From: Octopus sinensis
Lineage: Eukaryota
Assembly (NCBI RefSeq): GCF_006345805.1
Contig: NC_043009.1
Span: 37,944,001-38,008,000, forward strand
Length of the DNA: 64,000 nt
Direction: 5' to 3'
Below the pieces are notes generated by a model, which made no database searches, was not told the origin of the DNA, and was given only the letters and a program-made list of their open reading frames with translations. How positions within the stretch are numbered: position 1 is the first letter of the stretch; the number at the start of each line of letters is the position of its first letter. Below, piece by piece: positions 24,376 through 38,018 of the stretch. The position numbers were made by a program, and so were the translations under genes.

Positions 24376-25533
24376 TACTTACCACACAGCCACTTCTACA
24401 CCTATATGACGGGCTTCTTTCAGTTTCTGTCTACCAAATTCATTCACAAGGCCCAAGGCCATAGTAGAAGACATTTGCTCAAGGTGCCATGCAATGGGGC
24501 TGAACCTGAAAGCATGTAGTTGCAAGGCAAACCTCTTAACCACATAACCATACCTAAGCCTATGTACACACATAATTTATTGTGAATTTCTGATCAAATA
24601 TATTTTAACATAACTGATTTTATTATTTGAAAAAGCCAAAGGTTGATGGATTTGGAAAACTGTTAGAACATTGGACAAAAGCTTTGAGGAATTTAGTTAT
24701 GTATCTTTTTATTCTGAATTCAGATTCTGTTGAGGTTAACTTTGTCTTTTAATCTACAGGGGTTGATAAAGTATAACCAAGTACAAATGGTTGATTTAAC
24801 CAATGAACATCTTACCCTTCAAAGTTGTTTGTCTTATTCCTCAGTTAGAAACCATTATTTTAAAAAAGACAAAGGGTAGTGAATTGATATAGAATCGTTA
24901 GAACATTGAACGAAATACATTGTGGTATTATTCAGTTACGGCTCTTCACATTATGAGTTCAAATTTTGCCCAGGTCAATATTGCCTTTCATCCTACCAAA
25001 GGGTTGAATCTCTATGCCAACCAAGTGTTGAGGATTGATTTTAATTAACTAATTGTCTTAACCCTTCAAAGTGCTGTCCTTGTGTCAGAAATTATTATTT
25101 TAAAAAGTCATAAGAAAATATCTAATTTAAACAAGCAATGTTTTGATGTGGATTAATAAACTGAGATAAAATATCAAAGAGGCAGGGGATGGAGATCACA
25201 AAATGATGCTCAGTCAAACGGTGTAGTTTTATCAGACAAACTTTTAAAGAAGCCTCTTGTGTTTGTTTTTCCTCCTGGAAAGATATAATATACTTTGTAC
25301 AGTTGGTGGTCGTTACTAATTAAATCAGACCCAATTTAAATCAACAGACAAAATTGATATTATCAAACAGTGTACTGTTTAAACAACATCTATTTATATA
25401 CTGTTTAGGTATTGCCTTACATACAACAATGGACATATAAAAGTATTATTAGCATGACTTTCTTTTCTCTCTCTCTCTCTCCCTCCACACACATGTACAC
25501 ACACACACACATACACATATATATATATATATA

Positions 25534-25701
25534 GGAGTAGGAATGGTTGTGTGGTAAGTAGCTTGCTTACAAAGCACATGGTTCCGGGTTCAGTCCCACT
25601 GCGTGGCACCTTAGGCAAGTGCCTTCTACTATAGCCTCGGGCCGACCAAAGCCTTGTGAGTGGATTTGGAAGACGGAAACTGAAAGAAGCCCATTGTATA
25701 T

Positions 25702-25741
<40 letters not shown>

Positions 25742-25864
25742 TTGTGTGTCTGTGTTTGTCCCCCCAACATCGCTTGACAACTGATGCTGGTGTATTTACG
25801 TCCCCGTAACGTAGCGGTTCGGCAAAGAGACCAGTAGTATAAGTACTAGGCTTACAAAGAATAA
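25534..25864 (+). mobile_element. CORE-type SINE, 3'-truncated
   Basis: stops at cttacaaagaataa where the next element begins. Confidence 0.85.
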
Positions 25865-26168
25865 ATCAGAAATCATTTTTAAAATGAGAATATCTGAAAT
25901 AAACTTAACTGCTCTCACAAACGAGAATACTAAAAATGAACCCAACCACTCACAAAAATTAAGTAAAAAACAGGAAAAATAATTCAGAATCCTTGTCCAG
26001 TACCATATTGATTCCAAAATCTAATCAGTTCGTGCCAGTCACGAGGCCAAACATCCCTGAAAGTTTCATCTGAATCCATCCAGCGATTCTTGAGATATCT
26101 TGTCCATGGACAAACAAACAAACACAACTGAAAACAATACCTCCACCTTCGCTAAGGCAGAGGTAATA
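25865..26168 (+). mobile_element. Helentron/HINE-like non-autonomous element
   Basis: ccaaaatctaatcagttc...gagatatc...(acaa)n...aaaacaatacctc and subterminal hairpin tacctc-ca-cctt-cgct-aagg-ca-gaggta at 26138-26165. Confidence 0.45.
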
Positions 26169-26399
26169 AACAAGCATTACATTTGACAGAATAATCTAAA
26201 TGCTAAATGGTTAAAGCAATAATGATGATGATGTTGATGACAACTTGCTGAGTCTAGAGGGTGAGGCAGTGTCCAATGACCATTGTAGGACCTCCAAGGA
26301 TGGTAAGCATGATGTAATTGATGTGTTTAAACTATTGCAGGAAAGCCATGAGCACATAGGAAATTGCAGAAGGCCAGTGCTCTGGAGAGTGCAGCATGA

Positions 26400-26595
26400 C
26401 TTTTGCAAGCCCCATGAGATTGGTGAGATTGATGTTCTATTTAAACTGTTGCAGGGAGAAGATTTCAGAAGGTCAATGTTCTGGGCAGGAAGGATTGGGT
26501 GCAGTAGCTAGTGTAGGATTGGGAAGGTTGGATGCAACAAGTGTGATGAGAAGTAGAGTGGAAGAGCCTGAGGGGAGGAGGTACCAGACTCAATA
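26400..26595 (-). mobile_element. CR1/L2-group LINE 3' remnant
   Basis: minus translation CIQPSQSYTSYCTQSFLPRTLTF*NLLP resembles SFLPRTxxLWNxLP. Confidence 0.5.
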
Positions 26596-26623
26596 GTTTT
26601 GAGGAACAGAGGCCATTATATTA

Positions 26624-26661
<38 letters not shown>

Positions 26662-27230
26662 CAGTATGCCAGTGGTTCAGAGGCTGGAACATGTTTTAGT
26701 TATATAATTAAAAAGAAAAAATATTAGGTTAAAGAATTATTTTTTGTTGTTCTAAAAGTAATTAGAATATTTTCATTATTGTTTTTTAAAGAATTAATTG
26801 GAGAAGTAGGTGGAGAGGGACAGTGGCCATGACATTTGCAGATTCTCCAAGACTGACTGGCGAGATCAATACAGTTAATGCTGATAAATATTGATATTAA
26901 TGTAATATAAGAAATATTAGATTATCAATACTAATGAGAAGCCAAGAAATTTTTAAAATTTCATGAGAAGCATTATAAAAAAAAAACAAACAAAGCAAAA
27001 AAACAAAAAAAAACAACAAACAAACAAAACAAGAAGCTATGGTAATTGATTGAAATAAAAATGAAAATGAACTTATTTCCAAATGAAATTAAAATGTGCT
27101 TCTTGTATGTTTCACCAAAATATCTGACACTAGACCAGTGTTTCTCAAACTATTTTTTACCTATGAATCCCTTTGATTCTTATTTTACTCAGGTGGACCC
27201 TCATAGCCATTTGATGTTTAAAAGATCCTA

Positions 27231-27610
27231 GTGGCCCTGTGGTAAGAAGTTTGTTTCCCAACCACAAGGTTCTGGGTTCAGTCCCACTGTGTAGCACCTT
27301 GGGCAAGTGTCATCTACTATAGCCTCGGGTTGACCAAAGCCTTGTGAGTGGATTTGGTAAATGGGAACTGAAAGAACTCCATCGTATATGTATGTATGTG
27401 TGTGTGCGTGTGTTTGTTTGTTTGTCCCCCTACTATTGCTTGACAACTGATGTTGGTGTGTCTATGTCCCCGTAACTTAGTGGTCCGGCAAAAGAGACTG
27501 ATAGAATAAGTACTAGGCTTACAAAGAATAAGTCTTGGGGGTTGATTTGCTTGACTTAAAGGCAGTGCTCCAGCATGGTCACAGTCAAATGATTGAAACA
27601 AATAAAAAGA
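27231..27610 (+). mobile_element. CORE-type SINE, body I
   Basis: family match. Confidence 0.85.
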
Positions 27611-28382
27611 ATATTTTTATAATTAAATATTATAAGAAAAAAAAAAAGCAATTGTTAAAATATGAAGTAGGAGCATTAAGCAGTAATATGTATAAATGCA
27701 ATGTTACTACCAGTTTAAATATGCTGGTGGCATGTTTGGGCTAATAAATGACTTGTTTATTAGTTCAAAAGTGCCACAAACTTATTTGAACTGGCAGTAA
27801 CACTGCAATTGTTAAAATATTTTCTGTATTGTAGAAGCAGGGTCAATTTGAAAGTTCTGAATAAAAATCTTCCACCAAACCTTAGTCCCAATTTATGTTC
27901 CTAACACCAGCTTAATGATAACTAAGTTATTTTACTAAATTATTTGTTATTTTAAAAATCAATTGAAAGAAACACAGAGCATCTCAACAGAAATATGGCA
28001 ACAAAGGGGTTAAGTCTGTGTAAAAAGAGCAGTACTCATATTGGTGGAAGAAAAAGGAGTTAGTCATAAACCAGAGATATGGCCTTCGGCTTAGCAATAG
28101 AATGAACTTTTATTAAGTGTCACTCAAGTGCCAGATGGAGGTGTTAAACTGGGTAGTGGGTTGTCATCTACATAAGAACTGATATGGTCAATCCACCAAA
28201 TACTCCACAACCTTTCTCTCTTCCATGATATCACTCAAAAAATAGTTAGGGGTAATCTGCAGATATGGATAAAAAAACTTGCCCAAGGTTGTATAAAATC
28301 TAGAAAGATGTGGTTGCGAGGTAAGCTACTGTGCCATGCTTTTTAACTCTTTCCATCTATTATGAAACTTTTTTTTTTTAAA

Positions 28383-28778
28383 GGCACAGGAGTGGCTGTG
28401 TGGTAGGTAGCTTGCTTACCAACCACATGGTTATGGGTTCAGTCCCACTTCGTGGCACCTTGGGCAAGTGTCTTCTACTATAGCCTTGGGCTGACCAAAG
28501 CCTTGTGAGTGGATTTGGTAGATGGAAACTCAAAGAAGCCCGTCGTATATATGTATATGTGTGTGTGTATGTTTGTGTGTGTTTGTCACCCCAATATCGC
28601 TTGACAACCGATGCTGGTGTGTTTACGCCTCTGTAACTTAGCGGTTCGGCAAAAGAGACTAATAGAATAAGTACTAGGCTTACAAAGAATAACTCCCAGG
28701 GTCCATTTACTTGACTAAAGGCAGTGCCCCAGCATGGCCGCAGTCAAATGACTAAAACAAGTAAAAGAGTAAAGAGTG
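28383..28778 (+). mobile_element. CORE-type SINE, body I
   Basis: family match. Confidence 0.9.
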
Positions 28779-29811
28779 AGACATGGTTGTGTTGTTAATA
28801 AGTTTGCCTTGTAGCCATGTTGTTTTGTGTTCTGTGGAACTGACCAACACCTTGGTCAAGTGTCTTCTACTATAGCCCTAGGCCAACTATTGTCTTGTAA
28901 GCAAATTTGGTACAGTACAAAATCCATTTTATGCACATGTGTGCCATCACATATGAGAATATTTACATTCTGTGATGTCACTGAACTATAAGATGGAGCT
29001 GTCTGTTGCCATTGTCCTATCAAAACATTTTTAGATAGCTCAGCAAGTTAAGCTTAGTGGAATGAATACTACTTGAAAAAATAAGGTTTGAAACAGGAAG
29101 GGAATCCAGCTGTAAAAATAACCTCCACTAAAAAAAAAAAAAATGCATATTCATCTAACCCATGCTATCTCGATAAAAAAAAGTGAATAAACAAATAAAT
29201 TTACTGATAAGAGGAGTTTTGTCCCTGTACATTTGGTAGGATATTAATCAAGAATTATGATTTTCTGAACAAGAAAACAATTTGGCTCAAAATTAAACCA
29301 GGATTTTAAACAATTGTTCTGTAATTGCTATTTTGGTGATTTGCCAATAAATTAAATAGAAGATTTATAAAATTAACGTCTCATTCGAAGAGAACCAAAA
29401 TAGGGATTGGCTTCAAGTAGCTTAATTTACTATTTTATAATTATCAAATATGTTTATTGTTTGGCAATTTTCTTTTCTTGCAGCTGACAAAATTTGTTAC
29501 AGATGAAATTTTAGCTCCTTGACCGTTTTGTAACCATATATTTGTTGAAATACATTGTCTTTTGCTTAAATTAATTTTGAAAATAATGAAGGATTTAGTG
29601 AAATTATCTTGTCATTATTAAGCTGGTGTTTGGAACATAAGTGAACATAAAATTTTGAGGGAAAATGTTAATTTGGATCATTTTAAGCAGGGAGTCTATG
29701 CAATGTATCAGGGGTTGTTATAGGCGATTTCATATCAGAGGGGATTAAATTTTGACACTGGTTCCTGAAGGATATGGAGCTAAATCCTCCTCTACCTCAT
29801 CATGTCCACTA

Positions 29812-29982
29812 GGCGTAGGAGTGGCTGTGTGGTAAGTAGCTTGCTTACCAGCCACATGGTTCCGGGTTCATTACCACTGCGTGGCACCGTGGGCAAGTGT
29901 CTTCTACTATAGCCTCGGGCCGACCAAAGCCTTGTGAGTGGAATTGGTAGACGGAAACTGAAAGAAGCCCATCGTATATATG

Positions 29983-30041
<59 letters not shown>

Positions 30042-30265
30042 GTGGGTGTGTGTGTGTGTGTGTGTTAGTCCCCCCCAACATCACTTGACAACTGATGGTG
30101 GTGTGTTTACGTCCCTGTAACTTAGCCGTTCGGCAAAAACAGACTGATAGAATAAGTACTAGGCTTCCAAAGAATAAGTCCTGGGGTCACATTGCTCGAC
30201 TAAAGGCAGTGCTCCAGCATGGCCACAGTCAAATGACTGAAACAAGTAAAAGTGAGTAAAGAGAG
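29812..30265 (+). mobile_element. CORE-type SINE, body I
   Basis: family match; long internal (TA)n(TG)n. Confidence 0.9.
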
Positions 30266-32373
30266 TATTCCTAGAGGGAATTTTTTAAAAACAGATTTTC
30301 TAAGGGCCAGGTGCCCTTTCTGTCACTGACTTATACCTGTTTCCACATAAGATAATATTTCTCCATATTTGTACATGCTTCCATGAGAGATTGGAAATGA
30401 TGAGAACCACTTGTATGATGATGATGATGCTGTATGATGGTCAAGCCAAGGAGACACACACACACCTCCATGCATGCATGTACATACACACACACAGGTT
30501 TCTTTCAATTTCCACCAACCAGATCAATGCACAAGGCTGTAGGTTGGCCCAGGGCTACAGCAGAAGACACTTGCCCAAGGCACCATGCAATGGAACCAAA
30601 CTTGGAATCATGTGGTTGAGAAAGAAACTTATTGATCACAGCCATGCCTGCTCCTTACAAACTTCTTAACCTCATAGCCATGCCTGGGCTAAATATCTAA
30701 GAGAACTTCCATTTTAGTCTTTATAATAGAAGTGGTAAAACAAGGAATCGCCAATGAATGTTTAACTAGAGCCAAATGCTTTCCATTAAGCTGTTTAGTG
30801 ATTGTAAACATTTGGCAAAGAACATCAGAGCATTACACACATTTAACCAACTGTTGTGTTATACTATGAAATGCAATTTCTATGCCAGAGTTTTCTGTTT
30901 ATAAAAGCAAACAAAACAGAAATATATATGATTAAATGCACATTAAAAATATCACCACATTTTGTCATTTTATGAACTGGCTTTATACAGTAACAAATTT
31001 TCTATTTGAACTTTAACAAATTCACACAATAAACATGAAACTTACTCCTACATTTTGTGCATGAATAAAATAACATGCTTATTAGTGCAGGTAAATATAC
31101 AAAACTATTACATCAAGTTTTTTTTATTTTTTATGAGGGATTGTGTGTGTATGTGTGTGTGTGTGGGAAAAAATGTAAAAGTTCAAACAAATCAGAATAC
31201 TTTTATACACAGGTCATGACTGAAAACAGCAAACGAATAAAGTAATCCTACCAAAACAACTGTGAGAACATTATACAAGCAATAAATACAGGAGAGACCA
31301 AACAAATAAAAAAATGTCTAATGTAAGAAATTCAATTCCTGTATCTCACGAGGGTCACTGATTGGCTGAACTACTAATCAAGCAATCAATTAGTTAATTG
31401 GTTAAATAGTTAACCTACTGACAAATAAAACAATAAAGAAGTGACATATAATCAATGTAAGTTAATTATTGGTACAATGATCCTCCCAAGATACAACAAA
31501 ATATGTTTCAAGACATTAGTTTACATCAAGAATCTCACAAACCAAATATAAAAAAAAACAAAAACGAAAAAAGAAAATATTAATTCCTGTAGTTTCATGT
31601 AAAATACCAGGTGGCTATTATTCGGTACCTCCGATAGTAATTACTAGAAAAATTGATGGAATGTGTCTATAAATTCATGGCGAAATACACATTTTATATG
31701 CTAGAAAATAAACATGGTATGGAAATAGCCAATAACCATTTGATTCAAAGTAAGCTGCCACAGTTTACAGTTCTCATTTCTGAGTTTGTGTGTGTGAGTG
31801 TGTGTGTGTGAGTGTGTGTGTCAGCTGATGAAATGGTGTGTAACAATTCGAATTAACATAATGCTACCTAATAAATTATGTAATGGACTCACATTTGAAT
31901 TAAACCATTGCTACTGAAATGCGTGTAGTGATGTTTTAAACTATCCATTTGCTTTTGTTTACTGTGTGTGTATTAAGTCATAACCGACAGAAATAGTTTG
32001 ATGAAATTTTATTTAACAATAAGAAAATTCTAATATCATGACAAATTGTTTTGTAACCGAAAAACTTGTAAATAATTTACATTGTTATATTTAATAATAA
32101 ATAAATTACTTCATTTGTCTGCAATAATGCAAAATTCAAAAAATCCTTCAAAATAATGCAGAATTTAAGCTACGATTTCAGGTGAAGGAAAGTCTTTGTT
32201 AAATATGATTCTCTTTAACTAGTATCAGCTTGAGAGCTGCGGTTATGCTGGAGCATATAAAATTACAGGCATGGCTGCGTGGTTGAGGAACTTGTTTCCC
32301 AATCATGTGTTCTCAAGTTCATTTCCATTGTGCAGCAGTTTGGACAAGTCTTTTACTATATTTCCAGGCCAAA

Positions 32374-32603
32374 TAGGCGGCAAGCTGGCAGAAACGTTAG
32401 TGTGCCGGGCGAAATGCTTAGCGGTATTTCGTCTGTCGTTACGTTCTGAGTTCAAATTCCGCCGAGGTCAACTTTGCCTTTCATCCTTTCGGAGTCGATA
32501 AATAAAGTACCAGTTTCGCACTGGGGTCGATGCAATCAACTTAATCCCTTTGTCTGTCCTTGTTTGTCCCCTCTATGTTTAGCCCCTTGTGGGTAGTAAA
32601 GGA
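32374..32603 (+). mobile_element. Monomeric Meta-domain-like SINE nested in a CORE SINE
   Basis: TSD atatttcc(a/t)ggccaa at 32358-32372 and 32604-32618. Confidence 0.9.
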
Positions 32604-33840
32604 ATATTTCCTGGCCAACAAAAGCTTTGTGAGTAGATTTGGTAGACAGAATCTGAGAGAAAATTGTTGTATGTGTGTATGTTTGCATATATACACAGAA
32701 AGATAGACACATACATATGTGAAGATTTACTAAAACAGTAGCTCTCAAACTGATAGATACAAACAAGGCCACTTCTGCAAAAAAATATATCAATGGAAAA
32801 TCCCCTCTACTTTATCAATGAGAAGACAGAAGAGAGATTACATCTACACAATTCCTCTGAGTTTGTCACAGAACTGGATAAGTTAAAAAATTTTAATAAC
32901 CTTTTCTATGTCATTAGAGACATAATTTATCAAGGCAGAAAGACACCAGTTATTTGTTGTCCACAAGAAATCACACCATCCTCATTGTTTAATGGTCATG
33001 CTCCATGTTGGCATGGGTTGGATGGTTTGACAAGATTTGATGGCTCCAAGGACCGTATTGTACTTCCATGTCTGTCTGCTTTGCCATGGTATCTATGGTG
33101 AGATGCCCTACTTAATGCCAACCACCTCATGTGTATCTGGCACGTGTGTCCTGGGCTCTCTTTTTTTTTGTGCCACCAGTACTAGGCAAGTCACCATACA
33201 ATTTGCAAAACTACATCTCCAACTTCTTTAACCAGAATAAATATACAATAAGACTAAAACTAATGAAGTCAACCACATTCTATCTTTCTCACATATAGAT
33301 GCACAGACACACACACACACACATATTCTGATATTGGTAACAACAAGAGAAAGCAAAATAAGGAATGAATAAATAAATATGTTATCAGCTCACACGCTTG
33401 CTGTAGAGATGTAACACAACAAAAGAAATTGGGTTAGAAAATCTAATCCACCATTTTGGAAAAATCTATATCCATTGAAAAGGTCACAATGGTGATGTGT
33501 GTAAAAAAATTTCGAGGAGAAAAAGAAAATTCAACAAGAAAAACAAAAAATACAGACAAACAAACAACTACTGAGTGTATTTGTAAGTTTTGATAATATG
33601 GCCCTTCCAAAATATAGAATAAATATCCATTTTCCATTTCCTCTTCTTCAAAATTAGACTCTATGTCTACAGATTTGACAAGATGCAGTAGCTTGGAAAA
33701 GGATCTGCTGCACAGTCAGACATATTTGTGTCAGAAAGGATAAAGAGTAAAGATTCAATAAGTTGTAGGGTAGAGGATAATAGCTTAGAAGACGTAACTG
33801 ATTGATCTTACTGTTTTATTTATATGTTGTAAGGATTCAA

Positions 33841-34055
33841 GTTAACTCAGTCGAATGTAATGCTTATTAATTCATATTGTTTTGAATTACTCATGCATTA
33901 TCTTATAGCTTTGAGATTTTGATGATGATGCAAATGTTATTCTTTGAATGTCATTGTTAAATAGGTGTGAGAGGCAGGATTTGGTTGGCTTTTAATATAA
34001 AACAGGTAGAATATATTTTGGCTGGATATGGCCAGTTTACATGCTAAATAGTTAA
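33841..34055 (+). mobile_element. MITE family 1
   Basis: homologous to 2661-2890; ends atgctaaatagttaa. Confidence 0.65.
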
Positions 34056-35747
34056 ATGCTGTAGGGATTCTGGTTAATGCTTTGATTATTACCTCTAAGG
34101 CAGAAAGACATTTCCAGTAGATCACAAAGTGAGAGAGAGAGAGAGAGAGAGAGAGAGTAAAAACATGGAGAGATGAGAAAGATTCTTGTAATAATTTTAC
34201 ACAGATCTACATGTCTATCTGTTAATTCAAGAATGAAAAGAGTAGAAGGTTAGAGCTGGATTTTCCTTCTATAACACAGAAGAACTTTCAAGAAGAAGCT
34301 CTTGAGTTCTTGCAATAAATGGTTGTACATAATCATATCATGCTGTTAGCCATAGGTCAGCTATGACAGAGCAGACTTATGAGCAAAACCAATCCAGCCA
34401 TGGCAATTCATTCTTTTTGTTATCTTCAGATATTGCATACCTAAAATTACTTTATCCAATGTGACTTTTATATTTTTTTCCCTAAATGAGAGGCTGTGAT
34501 TCGAAGATTTGGTTGATATTTCTAGCAGACTGAGCAATAATGTAGATACTCCCTTGATGGTTTATATAGTGTATGATACTGCATATTGAAGGAGAGAAAA
34601 TGAAGAATACAGAAGTGGGTAGATGAAGTAATAGTTGTGAATTGAGTGGCATACAGCCATACAAGTGTGGGAAGCATGAGTAGACAAAAAAAAAAATAAT
34701 AAATAAATAAAAAGCGAGAAGACAACATAATGATGAACCAAACTAAATATTGTGGATCGATTAGACAAACAGAGTATAAAAGCATCTTCATTCTTCTTTC
34801 CCCCTAAGTGCAATTTAGAATAAACTATGTATATCTAATAATTTTACCTCATATAATTGGGGAAAACATAATTTCTAGCTAGCTCTGGAATTGATATAGC
34901 ATCCTAAACTGCTGCTGCAGCGTACAGCACTCAATCAAGTTTATGCACATTCCTGTATAAGTCTAGAAAATATTAAAACAGAAAGCACACAAAGAAAAAA
35001 GAAAAAAAAAAAACCGAAGAGAGAAAGAAAAGAAAATTATCTGCATACATAGAAAATTACTTTACACTTATTTATCTAGTGGAAAATAAAATAAAAACAA
35101 GTAAACAAACAAATAAAAAAGTTTCCCCCTTGGGCAAAAGTCTGACAGATTTTCTGAATACTATTTATCAAAATCCATTTACATATTTGCATTGACTTCT
35201 GAACTGAATAAAATACTTTATTAACCATAACTTAATCTTCTCGATCTTCCAAACTAATTATTCTAGAGGTAGATTTTCAGAACGATTCTATAAAGCAGCA
35301 TATCAGGTATTTTGACATCTAAATCTTAAATGGATTCCATTAAAAGAAAATAATAATAATAATAATAATAATTTATAATAAACTATCTGCTGTACAAGAT
35401 TTTCATCTGCCATAACTAAGACAGACAGAAATAGTTTTTGTAAACTATCTCACTTAATTGTATTAGAGGAAGCAGAAACTTCAACTGGAGTTTAGTAAAA
35501 CATAGATCAGCTGAATTTTTCAAGAGATTGCAATTACAGAGTGGAATTGGTAAAATTTCATTTTCAAAACTTCTCAGTCACACTGCATGCAATCTTGGTG
35601 TAGCTGTGTGCTAAGAACTTTGCTTCCAAAACCATGGTTCTGGGTTCAATCCTACTGTGTGATACCTTCGGGGCAGCTGTCTTCTATTACAACTGCAGGT
35701 TGGACAAAGCCTTGTGAGTGGATTTGGTAGCTAGAAACTGAAAGAAG

Positions 35748-36159
35748 CAAGCTGGCAGAGACGTTAGCACACCGGGCGAAATGCTTAGCGGTATTTTGTC
35801 TGCTGCTTTGTTCTGAGTTCAAATTCCGCCGAGGTCGACTTTGCTTTACATCCTTTCGGGGTTGATAAATTAAGTACCAGTTACGCACTGGGGGTCGATG
35901 TAATCGACTTAATCCATTTGTCTGTCCTTGTTTGTCCCCTCTGTGTTTAGCCCCTTGTGAGTAGTAAAGAAATAGGTATTTCATCTGCTGCTACTTTCTG
36001 AGTTCAAATTCTGCCAAGGTTGACTTAGCCTTTCATCCTTTCGGGGTCGATTGAATAAGTACCAGTTACGCACTGGGGTAGATGTAATCGACTTAATCTG
36101 TTTGTCTGTCCTTGTTTGTCCCCTCTATGTTTAGCCCCTTGTGGGCAGTAAAGAAATAG
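35748..36159 (+). mobile_element. Dimeric Meta-domain-like SINE nested in a CORE/body II SINE
   Basis: perfect 14-bp TSD gaaactgaaagaag at 35734-35747 and 36160-36173. Confidence 0.92.
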
Positions 36160-36408
36160 GAAACTGAAAGAAGCCTATCATGTGTGTGTGTGTGTGTGTG
36201 TGAGTTACTGTCTCATTGCTTTGATATTGTGTGATAGCTGTAAACGAGCGTCAATGTTAGCAATGTCCTTTGTTTCCAATATTCTGTGATAAACAAAACT
36301 GGTCTTGGGGTAACAGGAAGGGTGTCTTTCCATACAAAATCTGCCTTAACAAAATCAAGTATAGAAAAGTTGACGTTAAAATGATCTATCTATATACCCT
36401 TCTCTCGC

Positions 36409-36439
<31 letters not shown>

Positions 36440-37611
36440 TCAGGTTTGGTCATGTATGGAGTTATTACTGTCCTTATACATTGCATGTTCTACTTGAAAG
36501 AAGGCACTTTGTTTCATGCCATTTGTCTTGAGAAATGGCAGCCATGTTATGTAGTTGGAATCGGTACTGTTGCACATAGAAGAGATGTTAAAAGACATTC
36601 TTCGAACAGAATTATTTAAAAATTTTATTTGTAAATAATTTACTATTAGTGACAACTTTTCTAAATGTCTAACATCCCCGATTATTTGATATATACAGTA
36701 GCACTGTAAGGTGAGAACATCTTTTTCTACATTTAGCACACAAGTCAGCTGCTATTTCCAGCATGATGAACGTCTCCATAAAGGCTCCTTTATTGGCTTG
36801 TTGTTACATCCAGGTTATAGCTTAGAAGACAAATGTGGGTTCTCCACAAAACATTATAAATTATGGATGGTATCGGTGATATACATCATTATTTTATATT
36901 TGCTTTCCATGATGGTACAAGCTGGATGGCTTGAGAGGGTCTAAGTTGGACAGCTGCATAGTGTGCCAGTGCTGATGAGGACAGGATAAGGCAGGCATGT
37001 CTAGAGTTCACTCCATGTTTTTTTTTTAGAAGAACGATTTTCTATTTACACACAAGGCTGGCAATTTTTTTCAGGGTAAGAGTTAGTCAATACCATCAGC
37101 ACCAGTAATTGACTGGTAATTTATTTTATTAACCCAGACTAGAAGAAAGGTGAAGTTGACTTTGGTGAGATTTAAATTAAGAATTTAAAGAACAACAACA
37201 AATATTTCATTGCATTCTTTTCGACACTCCAATATTGATTCTACCAATCTGTCACCCTAATTAAAATACTCAAATTAAGTCATTAGTTAATATTGGATTC
37301 AAATTTTGGCACAAGGCCAGTAAGTTCTGTGGTGGAAGAAGGGGGCTAGTCATTTACATCAACCCCAGTACTCAACTGGTACGTACTTTATCAACCCTGA
37401 AAGGATGAAAAGTAAAGTTGATTTTGGTGGAATTTGAACTCAGAATGTAAATACAGATGAAATGCTACAAAACATTTTGCCAGCATGCAAATAGTTCTGC
37501 TAGCTTGCTGCCACCCCTTTGATACCACCAACCAGCCTGAAATTGCCCCAAGTTCTACGAAATAAACTTACTGTTTTGAAGTGGTCTAAATTATAATCGT
37601 CTCTTTTTTTA

Positions 37612-38018
37612 CTCTTTTACTCTGTTACTTGTTTCAGTCAATTGACTGCTGCCATGCTGGAGCACCGCGTCTAGTCAAGCAAATCGACCCCAGGACTTAC
37701 TCTTTGTAAGCCTTGTACTTATTCTATCGGTCTCTTTTGCTGAACTGCTAAATTACGGGGACGTAAACACACCACCATCAGTTGTCAAGTGATGTTGGGG
37801 GGGACAAACATAGACACACAAACACACATATATATATATATGTATACATATGTATGACAGGCTTCTTTCAGTTTCCGTCTACTAAATCCACTCACAAGGC
37901 TTTGGTCGGCCTGAGGCTATAGTAGAAGACACTTGTCCAAGGTGCAAAGCAGTGGGACTGAACCCGGAACGATGTGGTTGGTAAGCAAGCTACCTACCAC
38001 ACAGCCACTCCTGCGCCT
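37612..38018 (-). mobile_element. Full-length CORE-type SINE, body I
   Basis: reverse family match. Confidence 0.9.

Noticed and set aside
32793-33101. 102-aa ORF MENPLYFINEK... with protein-like composition
   Set aside because: Its 3' third runs into a reverse family C SINE; no motif or splice support
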